Assembly (NCBI GenBank): GCA_031441465.1
Contig: JANOEP010000010.1
Location: 64,001-128,000, forward strand
Source: a bacterium
Lineage (GTDB): Bacteria; Krumholzibacteriota; Krumholzibacteriia; LZORAL124-64-63
Reading direction: 5' to 3'
DNA: 64,000 nucleotides
This document shows positions 31,163 to 39,683 of the stretch, one piece after another (the first letter of the stretch is position 1; every line of letters starts with the position of its first letter). A model generated the notes under the pieces. The model was not told the DNA's origin, searched no databases, and was given only the letters and a program-made list of their open reading frames with translations. Both the position numbers and the translations under genes were made by a program.

Positions 31163-32057
31163 GGTGGTCCTCCCGTTCCGCCGCAGCGGCGACCTCGTCC
31201 TTGCGGCTGCCGAGCCACATCACCTGGGCCAGCGTGGCGTACAGGGCGACGGGCGCGATGAAGCGGCGGAAGATGCCGTGCTGGATGTTCTCGGTGATGC
31301 GGGCGGGCGACTGCTCGCCCAGTTCGGGGAAGCCCAGCGAGGGGAACGGCTGTCCGGCGATGTAGAGCCAGGATGTGCCGCCGACCTCGTGCTCGCCGTA
31401 GACGTGGTCCACATAGCGGCCCGGGTAGGCGCCGATCCGCTCGTGGGCCAGCGTCAGCAATTCTTCCCGCTTGCCGTAGATCAGGCACTCCACCGGGCAG
31501 ATCTCGACGCAGCCCGGCCGCTCGCCGGCCGAGATGCGCTCGATGCAGAAGGTGCACTTGCGCACCTCGGGCGAGAGCGCGTCCGCGTACTGGTAGGCGG
31601 GGATCTGGAAGGGGCAGGCCACCATGCAGTAGCGGCAGCCCATGCAGCGCCAGGGGTCGTACTTCACGGCCCCGTTGGGCTGCTTCTCCAGGGCGGAAAC
31701 GAGGCAGGCCGAGGCGCAGGCGGGGTCGTTGCAGTGCAGGCACAGCACCATCGCCCAGACGTTGCCTTCGTGCTCTTGGCGTGGCCACTGGTTGACGACG
31801 GTGAAGTTGCCGGCGTCGGGGCGGCGCATCCCGGCGAAGACGGCTTTGTTCTCGAACTCCTCCAGCGGCTGCACCGGTAACTTGTTGACCTGGTTGCAAG
31901 CCCACTCGCACTTGCGGCAGCCGATGCAGGCCGTGGTGTCGACCAGGACGCCAAGGGCGTCCGGCGGGGCGTGGACGGCCGTGCTGGCCGAGGCGTCGGC
32001 GGCGGCGATGCCCACACCGACGGCCCCCACTGTCTTGAGGAAGTCCCTGCGATCCAT
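31155..32057 (-). CDS. Tat-exported 4x[4Fe-4S] protein, HybA/HmcB family
   Basis: MDRRDFLK Tat motif, four Cys clusters (CIGCRKC, CLHCNDPAC, CMGCRYC, CTFC...CP), YGEHEVGGTS, C-terminal TM helix. Confidence 0.92.
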   Translation of the reverse strand: MDRRDFLKTVGAVGVGIAAADASASTAVHAPPDALGVLVDTTACIGCRKCEWACNQVNKLPVQPLEEFENKAVFAGMRRPDAGNFTVVNQWPRQEHEGNVWAMVLCLHCNDPACASACLVSALEKQPNGAVKYDPWRCMGCRYCMVACPFQIPAYQYADALSPEVRKCTFCIERISAGERPGCVEICPVECLIYGKREELLTLAHERIGAYPGRYVDHVYGEHEVGGTSWLYIAGQPFPSLGFPELGEQSPARITENIQHGIFRRFIAPVALYATLAQVMWLGSRKDEVAAAAEREDHHE

Positions 32058-32324
32058 GCCGGTCCCTTTCTGCTGTGAAACGGAGGCGGCCGATATCCCC
32101 GCGGGGACGGCCGCGTCCCGGCGAAATTGGCACACTGTCAATATGATAACAATCGTTTGTTGATCAAGAATTATTAGTAGGGAAAAGGCAGGACCCGGAA
32201 ACCGGGGAAAGGCGAGAATGGCACTCATATCCGCAATCTTGGGGGATCCGTGCAGAGCGCGTCCGTGCTAGGATGGCGGCATCGATCTCGCCCCCCCCCA
32301 CTGAAAACGCGGAGGCGGTTTCCC

Positions 32325-32936
32325 ATGAAGCGTTCCCTGCAGCTCCTGACGGTCCTGGCGTTCCTGACTGCGCTGGCCGGCGGCTGCTTCGACCCGGAGG
32401 ACTCCCCCGTCGATCCTGACCCCGCAGTCTCGACGTTCCCGTTCCCCGACACCGCCGAGAAGCTGATGGCGAACTTCCAGGCCGCCTACGACAGCATGGA
32501 CATCGCCGAGTACGCGTTCACGCTGCACGAGGATTTCGTCTTCTTGTTCTCGTCGGAATGCGAGATCGGCCCCGTCGGCGGCGCCTATTCACGCACGGAC
32601 GACCTGCTGCACACGACGCGCCTGCTGAACGGCGAAGCGGGGTACGACCGGGTCCATGCGCGCCCGCTGCCGGCGGTGCGGGACATCGCGTTCCTGCAGT
32701 TCGAGAATCTGACGGGATGGAGCGAGGTGTCGCAGGACGAGCCGGGATTTCCGGGGGGGCTGAAGGCGATGTACGCCGTGACCGCCGTCATGACGCTGGA
32801 TACCGTGGACGACAACACGTACGGGATCGACTCGTTGCAGGTGTTCTACGTGAAGCAGGAGATGGGGACGGCGCCGGGGGGGGAATCGCGGTTGCGGTTT
32901 TATTTGGTTGGGCAGAGGGATCTTGTCGCCGACTAG
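32325..32936 (+). CDS. Hypothetical lipoprotein (possibly NTF2-like fold)
   Basis: GGAGG RBS, signal peptide with lipobox LAGGC, helix LMANFQAAYDSMD..Y...LHEDFVF. Confidence 0.75.
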   Translation: MKRSLQLLTVLAFLTALAGGCFDPEDSPVDPDPAVSTFPFPDTAEKLMANFQAAYDSMDIAEYAFTLHEDFVFLFSSECEIGPVGGAYSRTDDLLHTTRLLNGEAGYDRVHARPLPAVRDIAFLQFENLTGWSEVSQDEPGFPGGLKAMYAVTAVMTLDTVDDNTYGIDSLQVFYVKQEMGTAPGGESRLRFYLVGQRDLVAD

Positions 32937-33060
32937 CGAAGGGGAATTGGGCAGATCATGTCTGTCTCGGCCCGCGCAACGGCCGTCGGCGCAACCTCGA
33001 CGGACCACCGCGCGTAGCATGCCCGTTACCCGCACCGCCGACCACCATCCGGGAGGGATC

Positions 33061-34773
33061 ATGCCTCGCCCACATCCGCTCCACGCGTCGCTGCTGCTCC
33101 TGCTCGCCACCGTCGCGCTCACTGCGGCCGCCCCCCCCGCCATCGCGGAGACACCCGCGGCGCCGGCCGTGCCCGGCAACTCCGAACTGGCCGCGCGCAT
33201 CAACGCGCTGCTGTCGCCGATCTTCCCCGCGGACCAGCCGGGAGTGGCGGTCCTGGTGGCCCGCGACGGCCTGCCGGTCTACCGTCGCGGCTTCGGCCTG
33301 GCCGATCTGGAACGCGGGATTCCCATCACGCCGGAGACGGTCTTCCGCATCGGCTCGGTGACGAAGCAGTTCACTGCGGCGATCGTCATGCGCCTGGCGG
33401 AGCAGGGCCGGCTCAGCCTGCAGGACGACCTCACGAAGTACCTGCCCGACTACCCCACCGGCGGCCAGGCGATCACGATCGAGCACCTGCTCACTCACAC
33501 CTCGGGCATCGCCAGCTACACCGACCAGCTGGCGTGGGCCGCCCGCATGGCCGAGGACCTGACGCAGGCGCAGATCATCGACCTCTTCAAGAACGAGCCG
33601 CGCGGCTTCGACCCGGGCACGCAATGGGCCTACTCCAACTCGGGCTACTTCCTGCTGGGTGTCGTCATCGAGAAGGTCACCGGGAAGAGCTACGCGCAGT
33701 GCCTCGCCGACGAGATCTTCACGCCCCTGGGAATGCAGCACTCCGGCTGCGGCCGCAGCACGCCCTCCTTCCCGGGCGAAGCGAGCGGCTACGAGAGGCG
33801 GGACGACCAGGTCGTCCCCGCCGAGCCGCTCAGCATGACCTCGCCGTTCGCCGCCGGGGTCATCGTCTCCTCGGTGGATGACTTGCAGCGCTGGAACAAA
33901 GGCCTCGAAGCCGGCCGCGTCCTGCAGCCGGCTTCGCGGGAACGCGTCTTCACGCCCTACGTGCTGAAGGACGGTCACGACACCGGCTACGGCTACGGCT
34001 GGGGCCTCACGCAGTACGAGGGACACCGGATTCAGGAGCACTCGGGCGGCATCAACGGCTTCTTCGCCCACGTGATGCGCCTGCCCGACGACCGCCTCTA
34101 CGTGGCGCTGCTCTTCAACTGCGGATCGCCGGCGGTGGACGGCTCGTTCCTGGCGCTCAAGATCGCCGCCGCCGCGGTGGGCCGGCCGCTGCCCGAGCCT
34201 GGCGACTACACGATGTCGCCGGAGAAGCTCGACCGCTTCGTCGGCGTCTACGAGGTCGACCCGACCACGACGCGGGCGATCAGCCGCGAGGGCGGGCAAC
34301 TCTTCTCGCAGCGCGGCGGCGGCGCGCGCCTGGAGATGTTCCCCACCTCCGACTCGACGTTCGCCTACGTGGGACGGATCACGCGCGTGACATTCCGCTT
34401 CGACACCGCGGGCCGCGCGGACCGCATGATCATGAACCAGTCCGGCATCGAGCAGGTCTCGCGGCGGACCGACAAGCCGCTCCCCCCGCCCCGCACCGCG
34501 ATCACCTTGGACCGGGCTGCCCTCGAGGCCTGCGTCGGCATCTACGAACTCGCGCCGGGTTTCCTGATCACCGTCACTCACGAGGACGAGCGCCTCATGG
34601 CCCAGGCCACGGGCCAGCCCAAGTTCGAGATCTTCCCCGAATCACCCACGTCGTTCTTCCTCACGGTCGTGGACGCGCAGATCGAGTTCCAGCCCGGACC
34701 CGACGGGCGGATGTCAGCGATGGTGTTGCACCAGGGAGGGCGGGACGTGCCGGGGAAGCGGGTGGGGCCGTAG
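33061..34773 (+). CDS. Secreted serine hydrolase, AmpC/beta-lactamase-related, with C-terminal DUF3471-like repeats
   Basis: FRIGSVTK (SxxK), LLTHTSG, YSN, HSGG, and two repeats of the type VGVYE/VGIYE. Confidence 0.9.
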   Translation: MPRPHPLHASLLLLLATVALTAAAPPAIAETPAAPAVPGNSELAARINALLSPIFPADQPGVAVLVARDGLPVYRRGFGLADLERGIPITPETVFRIGSVTKQFTAAIVMRLAEQGRLSLQDDLTKYLPDYPTGGQAITIEHLLTHTSGIASYTDQLAWAARMAEDLTQAQIIDLFKNEPRGFDPGTQWAYSNSGYFLLGVVIEKVTGKSYAQCLADEIFTPLGMQHSGCGRSTPSFPGEASGYERRDDQVVPAEPLSMTSPFAAGVIVSSVDDLQRWNKGLEAGRVLQPASRERVFTPYVLKDGHDTGYGYGWGLTQYEGHRIQEHSGGINGFFAHVMRLPDDRLYVALLFNCGSPAVDGSFLALKIAAAAVGRPLPEPGDYTMSPEKLDRFVGVYEVDPTTTRAISREGGQLFSQRGGGARLEMFPTSDSTFAYVGRITRVTFRFDTAGRADRMIMNQSGIEQVSRRTDKPLPPPRTAITLDRAALEACVGIYELAPGFLITVTHEDERLMAQATGQPKFEIFPESPTSFFLTVVDAQIEFQPGPDGRMSAMVLHQGGRDVPGKRVGP

Positions 34774-34871
34774 CGGATGCGGGCATGGACAACTGCCGCG
34801 CAAGCGACACCGGTACATACAGCCCTCGACCGCGGACGTTGGCATGGAGTTGGCACGAGGTCTGGGAGCAT

Positions 34872-34915
34872 CAAAGAAGAGAGCGACCCACTTTCGTAAG
34901 TCGCTCTCTTCTTTG
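34872..34915. terminator. Bidirectional terminator between the hydrolase and tRNA-Gly
   Basis: 16 bp inverted repeat CAAAGAAGAGAGCGAC / GTCGCTCTCTTCTTTG. Confidence 0.8.
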
Positions 34916-34922
34916 CAGATGC

Positions 34923-34998
<76 letters not shown>

Positions 34999-35035
34999 GA
35001 AGTGCCGCTCAATATGACGGCGATCCCCCCGGATG

Positions 35036-36175
35036 TCAAACCGATTTTTCACGCCCCAGGACCCGCCGGTATAGGGCCAGCGTGTCCACTGCGGCGTTCT
35101 CCCAGGAGTACGTCGCCAGCACCCGCCGGCGCGATGCCACGCCGTGGCGCTCACGGGCCGCGGGATCGTTCAGCAGCGCCGCCAGGGCCGCCTCGAGCGC
35201 CCCGACGTCGCCACTCGCGAACGACGGCGCGCACCCCCCGGACACCTCCAGATTGGGCGCGATGTCGCTCACCAGGCAGCAACGCCCGTAGCTCATCCCC
35301 TCCAGCAGGGCGATCGACAGCCCCTCGAGCGTCGACGGCAGCACCACCAGCGCCGCGTGGCTGTACAGCTCTTCCAGCACCCGTCCGTGGACATAACCCG
35401 GGAACAGGACCTCCGGCGGTGCGGCCACCCGCAGGCCAGCCGCGTAGGCGTCGCTGAACCCCGACCCCCCCGCCATGACCAGACGGTGCCGGGCCCGCAG
35501 CTCGGCGGGCAGCTTCCCGTAGGCCTCCAGCAAGAGGTGGCACCCCTTCTCGGGCACGAAACGCCCCACGAACAGCACGAACCCGTCGGCCAGGCCGAGC
35601 TGGTCTAACTCCTGCCGCGGCCGCTGCACCGGCTCCCCGATCCCGTTGGGGATGCAGACCGCCGCCACGCCGTACCGCGTTGCGTAATGCTGCCGCAGGG
35701 CCTGCGAGACGACGATCAGCCCGTCCGGGAACCGTGCCGAAGCCCCCTCCCCGCCCCGCAGGACGGCCGCCGCCAGCGGCCCCCACTTGTCCCGCTGCCA
35801 GTCCAGTCCGTGGACGGTGACGACCGTGCGGCCGCGCCGTAGCCAACGTGGCACGCCGGACAGCAGCGCGGGGCCGAGGGCGTGGTAGTGGACGATGTCG
35901 TAGCCATGGCGCACCGCGTCCGCGGTGGCCGCCAGCGTGTGGGTGATGGCGTCGAGGTGCTTGGTCGGCACGCTGGGAAGTTGGCGCACCGTGACGCCGG
36001 GCATGGCGGTGGGGCCGTCGGCGTCGCTGTAGTGGGGGCGGCTGTAGATGGTGATCTCGACGCCGCGCGGAGCCAGCCTGGCGGCCAGCTCCGCGACGTG
36101 CTTCTCGATCCCGCCGTGGACGGGGGGATAACCCTTCTGGCCGATCATCGCCACGCAGATGGGCGCTTCGCTCAC
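35036..36175 (-). CDS. Glycosyltransferase family 4
   Basis: GQKGYPPVHGGIEKHV, TVHGLDW, FVGRFVPEKG, PSTLEGLSIALLEGM. Confidence 0.92.
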   Translation of the reverse strand: MSEAPICVAMIGQKGYPPVHGGIEKHVAELAARLAPRGVEITIYSRPHYSDADGPTAMPGVTVRQLPSVPTKHLDAITHTLAATADAVRHGYDIVHYHALGPALLSGVPRWLRRGRTVVTVHGLDWQRDKWGPLAAAVLRGGEGASARFPDGLIVVSQALRQHYATRYGVAAVCIPNGIGEPVQRPRQELDQLGLADGFVLFVGRFVPEKGCHLLLEAYGKLPAELRARHRLVMAGGSGFSDAYAAGLRVAAPPEVLFPGYVHGRVLEELYSHAALVVLPSTLEGLSIALLEGMSYGRCCLVSDIAPNLEVSGGCAPSFASGDVGALEAALAALLNDPAARERHGVASRRRVLATYSWENAAVDTLALYRRVLGREKSV

Positions 36176-36199
36176 GGCTCTCCCCCGCGCGGCTGGAGC

Positions 36200-37228
36200 C
36201 TACGCGTTCTGGAAGGTCAGGTCCTGCGGCGCGCCGTGTTCCCGGATGGAGAGGCAGGCCTTCTCCAGCACCTCGACCACCTGCAGACCCAGGGCCCCGT
36301 CGCTGACCGGCTTGGCGCGGCCCAGCACGCAGTCCACGAAGTGCGACGTCTCGACCTTCAGCGGCTCGGCCTGGTCGATCTTGGGGATCAGGATGTCCCC
36401 GTGCCGGTACGCCAGGTGGAACTCGTCGAACCCGTCGTAGTGCGGCATCACGTCGACGCCCTTGTCGTAGATGCGGATCTTGTCCGTCATCGCGACGTCA
36501 TCATAGACCACCATCTTGCGGCTGCCAACGAAGGTCGCTTCGCGCACCTTGTTCGGGTCCAGCCAGCTGACGTGCAGGTGGGCGACCCGGCCGCCGGGGT
36601 ACCACAGCGAGACGAAGGCCACGTCCTCGAGCTGCTTGTCCGTCTGGACGTAGCAGTGGCCGGTGGCGCTGACCCGCTCCGGGACGGCGTCGAACAGGTA
36701 GTTGAGCATGGCCACGTCGTGGGGCACCAGGTCCCAGACGACGTTGGCGTCCTTCTGGAAGATGCCCAGGTTCAGGCGGCGGATCTTGACGTAGTAGATG
36801 TCGCCCAGCTCGCCGGACTCGATCAGCTGCTTGATCATGCGCACCGCGGGCACGAACAGGAAGGTGTGGCCGACCATGATCTGCAGGCCGCGGGCCGCGG
36901 CGATGGCGCAGAGCTTGCGGCACTCGTCGGCGCTGGCGGCCATCGGCTTCTCGATGAACAGGTGCTTCCCGCTCTCCAGCACGGCCTTGCCCAGGGGGAA
37001 GTGGGTGCTGACCGGGGTCGCCACCACCACGGCGCCCACCGAGGGGTCGCCGAGCATCCGGCCCATGTCGGCGCTGACGTCGGCCGCGGGGTAGAGCTGG
37101 GCCATGTGCGCCCGGCGCTTCTCGTCGAGGTCGCAGATATGCGTCAGCTCGACGTCCGGATGGTTGTGGAAGTTCCGGATGAGGTTGGGGCCCCAGTAGC
37201 CGCAGCCGATGGCTGCCATCTTCAACAT
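36200..37228 (-). CDS. Gfo/Idh/MocA oxidoreductase (WbpB-like sugar-nucleotide 3-dehydrogenase)
   Basis: GCGYWGPNLIRN, EKP, VGHTF, WDLVPHD, SWLDPNKVR. Confidence 0.9.
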   Translation of the reverse strand: MLKMAAIGCGYWGPNLIRNFHNHPDVELTHICDLDEKRRAHMAQLYPAADVSADMGRMLGDPSVGAVVVATPVSTHFPLGKAVLESGKHLFIEKPMAASADECRKLCAIAAARGLQIMVGHTFLFVPAVRMIKQLIESGELGDIYYVKIRRLNLGIFQKDANVVWDLVPHDVAMLNYLFDAVPERVSATGHCYVQTDKQLEDVAFVSLWYPGGRVAHLHVSWLDPNKVREATFVGSRKMVVYDDVAMTDKIRIYDKGVDVMPHYDGFDEFHLAYRHGDILIPKIDQAEPLKVETSHFVDCVLGRAKPVSDGALGLQVVEVLEKACLSIREHGAPQDLTFQNA

Positions 37229-37409
37229 GACCAGACTCCTTTGGTGACGTCGACTCCTTACCGGGCGATCAGACGAGAGCACGATCGGGCAAATGGACAA
37301 ACGGGCAAGAGAAGGCCGGCCGGTGCTGTTGCACGAGCCGGCCCAGGGAATGCATCGTTCTGCGTCCGCGGAACTTGAGGCCAAAGACGCCGGCCTGCGA
37401 ACCGCCGTA

Positions 37410-38132
37410 TCAGTAGCCCCCGGTGCCTCGCAGCACCACCGGCACGGTCTTGAACATGATCCGCAGATCGTGGCCCAGCGACCAGGTGTTGATGTAGTGG
37501 ATGTCGAGCCGGACCATCTCCTCGAAGGGGACGTTGCTGCGGCCGCTCACCTGCCAGAGGCCGGTCAGGCCCGGGGTGATGCGCAGGCGCTCGTGGTGCC
37601 AGGGCTGGTAGTGGTCCAGCTCGTAGGCGATCGGCGGCCGCGGGCCGACCAGCGACATCTCCCCGCGCAGGATGTTGAACAGCTGCGGCAGCTCGTCCAG
37701 CGAGGTCTTGCGCAGCCAGCGGCCGATCCCGGTCACGCGGGGATCCTCGGTCAGCTTGTAGACCTTGTCCGTGGACGTGTGCTGGGAACCGCCGTTGATG
37801 AACATCGCCGCGAACTGCCGGTGGATGGCGTCGTCGCTCTTGTGGACCATGGTGCGGAATTTGTAGAACGGGAAGGGCTGGCTGTTCTTGCCGATCCGCT
37901 CCTGGACGAAGAACACGGGACCGGGGCTCGAACGTCGGACCAGGAAAGCGAGCACCAGCAACAGCGGGGACAGCAACAGGACGGCCCCGCCGGCCAGGAC
38001 GATGTCGAAAAGTCTTTTGGCGGATCCCCCCCAGCCGTTCAGGCGGGAAGTATCCGCGACGAGGTAAAGTGTCGGTGCGGCAGGGAGGACATCCTCGACC
38101 ACAGCCGAATAAGCCACCGCGTCTTCCTTCAT
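37410..38132 (-). CDS. Bacterial sugar transferase (priming phosphoglycosyl transferase)
   Basis: KRLFD, YKFRTM, DPRVT..GRWLRKTSLDELPQ, GEMSLVGPRP, PGLTGLWQVSGR. Confidence 0.93.
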   Translation of the reverse strand: MKEDAVAYSAVVEDVLPAAPTLYLVADTSRLNGWGGSAKRLFDIVLAGGAVLLLSPLLLVLAFLVRRSSPGPVFFVQERIGKNSQPFPFYKFRTMVHKSDDAIHRQFAAMFINGGSQHTSTDKVYKLTEDPRVTGIGRWLRKTSLDELPQLFNILRGEMSLVGPRPPIAYELDHYQPWHHERLRITPGLTGLWQVSGRSNVPFEEMVRLDIHYINTWSLGHDLRIMFKTVPVVLRGTGGY

Positions 38133-38240
38133 GGTGTCTTCTCCCCATGCAGGGCAAGCAAGGTGCGAATCTCGGAAACGCGTTAGCTTCGGGCCATGGA
38201 ACCCCTTTCTGTCCCCCAGGAGCGTACGAACCTGCAAGCA

Positions 38241-39332
38241 TTATAGCAGAAGGTCGCAGACCCTGTCCACCATCTCTTTTGACATTTCCGCATACATCGG
38301 CAGGGACACGATGTGCTCGCAGAGGTCCTCGGCCACCGGGAAGGAGGCGTCGACCGGCACGAAACCGGCCAAAGCGGGCTGAAGGTGGCACGGAACCGGG
38401 TAATGCCGCCCGCAGAAGACCTTGCCCTCGCGCAGGCGGGCGATCAGGCCCTCGGGATCCTGGCTCTGGATCGGGAAGATGTGGTGCACCGGCGTGGTGC
38501 CGGGCAGCGGCTCGGGCATGCGGAACTGCCCCTTCAGGCGGGCGCGGTACCAGCCGGCGACTTCCCGGCGACGGGCGTTCCAGCCGTCGAGGTGGGGCAG
38601 TTTGGTGTCCAGGATGACCGCCTGCAGGGTGTCGAGGCGGCCCGTGTAGCCCACGGAGTCGTGCAGGTTCTTGGTGCCCTGCCCGTGGTGGCGCAGGCTG
38701 CGCAGGACGGCGTCGATCCGCTCGTCGGCGGTGACGGTCGCCCCACCGTCCCCGAAGCCGCCCAGGTTCTTGCCCGGGTAGAAGCTGAAGCCCGCCGCGA
38801 TCCCCAGGGTGCCCGCGCGCTTGCCCTTATAGAGAGCGCCGTGGGCCTGACAGGCGTCCTCGATGATGGGCAGGTCACCGGCGACGGCCCGGATCTCGTC
38901 CAACGGCGCCAGGTGGCCGAAGAGGTGGACCGGCATGATGGCCTTGGTGCGGCGCGTGATCGCGCGCTCGAGCTTCGCGGGGTCCATCATCCAGGTCTCG
39001 GGATCGACGTCCACGAAGACGGGCGTCGCGCCGGTGTAGACGATCGCCTCCACAGTGGCGATGAAGGTGTTCGGGACGGTGATGACCTCGTCGCCGGGTC
39101 CGATGCCCAGGGCGCGCAGGACCAGGTGCAGCGCCTGCGTGCCGGAATCCACACCGATGGCGTGGGGGGCGCCGCAGTAGGCGGCAAAGTGCTGTTCGAA
39201 GCGCTCGAGACGATCCCCGAGGATGAACGCCGTGTTGTCGACCACATCGGCGATCGCCGCATCGAGTTCACGGCGAAGGGGGGCGATCTGGGCCTTGAGA
39301 TCGAGGTAAGGGACGGGCGTCGGGGTCGTCAT
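38241..39332 (-). CDS. DegT/DnrJ/EryC1/StrS PLP-dependent sugar aminotransferase
   Basis: PVHLFG, EDACQAHGA, SFYPGKNLG (PLP lysine), SLPM. Confidence 0.93.
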   Translation of the reverse strand: MTTPTPVPYLDLKAQIAPLRRELDAAIADVVDNTAFILGDRLERFEQHFAAYCGAPHAIGVDSGTQALHLVLRALGIGPGDEVITVPNTFIATVEAIVYTGATPVFVDVDPETWMMDPAKLERAITRRTKAIMPVHLFGHLAPLDEIRAVAGDLPIIEDACQAHGALYKGKRAGTLGIAAGFSFYPGKNLGGFGDGGATVTADERIDAVLRSLRHHGQGTKNLHDSVGYTGRLDTLQAVILDTKLPHLDGWNARRREVAGWYRARLKGQFRMPEPLPGTTPVHHIFPIQSQDPEGLIARLREGKVFCGRHYPVPCHLQPALAGFVPVDASFPVAEDLCEHIVSLPMYAEMSKEMVDRVCDLLL

Positions 39333-39683
39333 GAGAGGCTCCTTGATGTTGGCCGCGTTCCAGGGCGCGTCTCGCACCGGGTGTGGATCCATGGGTTTGA
39401 GCCACGGATGTTAATTATATCACATACTTTGTCCCACAACCAGTGCCAAGATGATAGCCACCAGTCGCGCATTCTCCTAGGACGTTCCTGCCAAACCCGG
39501 CTGGAGAAAGACCTTGCATGGGCGGCAGATACGGGCTATTTCCAGCGGAGTTACGAGCCCGCTGCCGTGTCCTTGGCAAGGATGATGCCGCAGCGAGGTT
39601 CCACGTTGCTTTCCGCGCCCCCTGCTCCTAAGATCGGGCGCCCTGACTGCGGAACGACCGCGTGCAATGAGAGGAGCGATTCC

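Noticed and set aside
33061..34773. Serine hydrolase as a true antibiotic-resistance beta-lactamase
   Set aside because: SxxK/YxN/HxG proteins with DUF3471-like tails form a broad peptidase/esterase family, and nothing in the sequence shows beta-lactam specificity.
28751..34922. Active integrative element or prophage at the tRNAs
   Set aside because: No integrase, transposase or phage genes, and no duplicated tRNA 3' end (att) was found by eye.
39430..39450. TTGGCAC upstream of the DegT gene as a sigma54 promoter
   Set aside because: The -12 element is missing at the required spacing.
39340..39680. Possible riboswitch in the DegT-ino1 intergenic region
   Set aside because: I could not recognise conserved cores of c-di-GMP, TPP, cobalamin or SAM riboswitches. 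A covariance-model search would be needed to exclude them fully.
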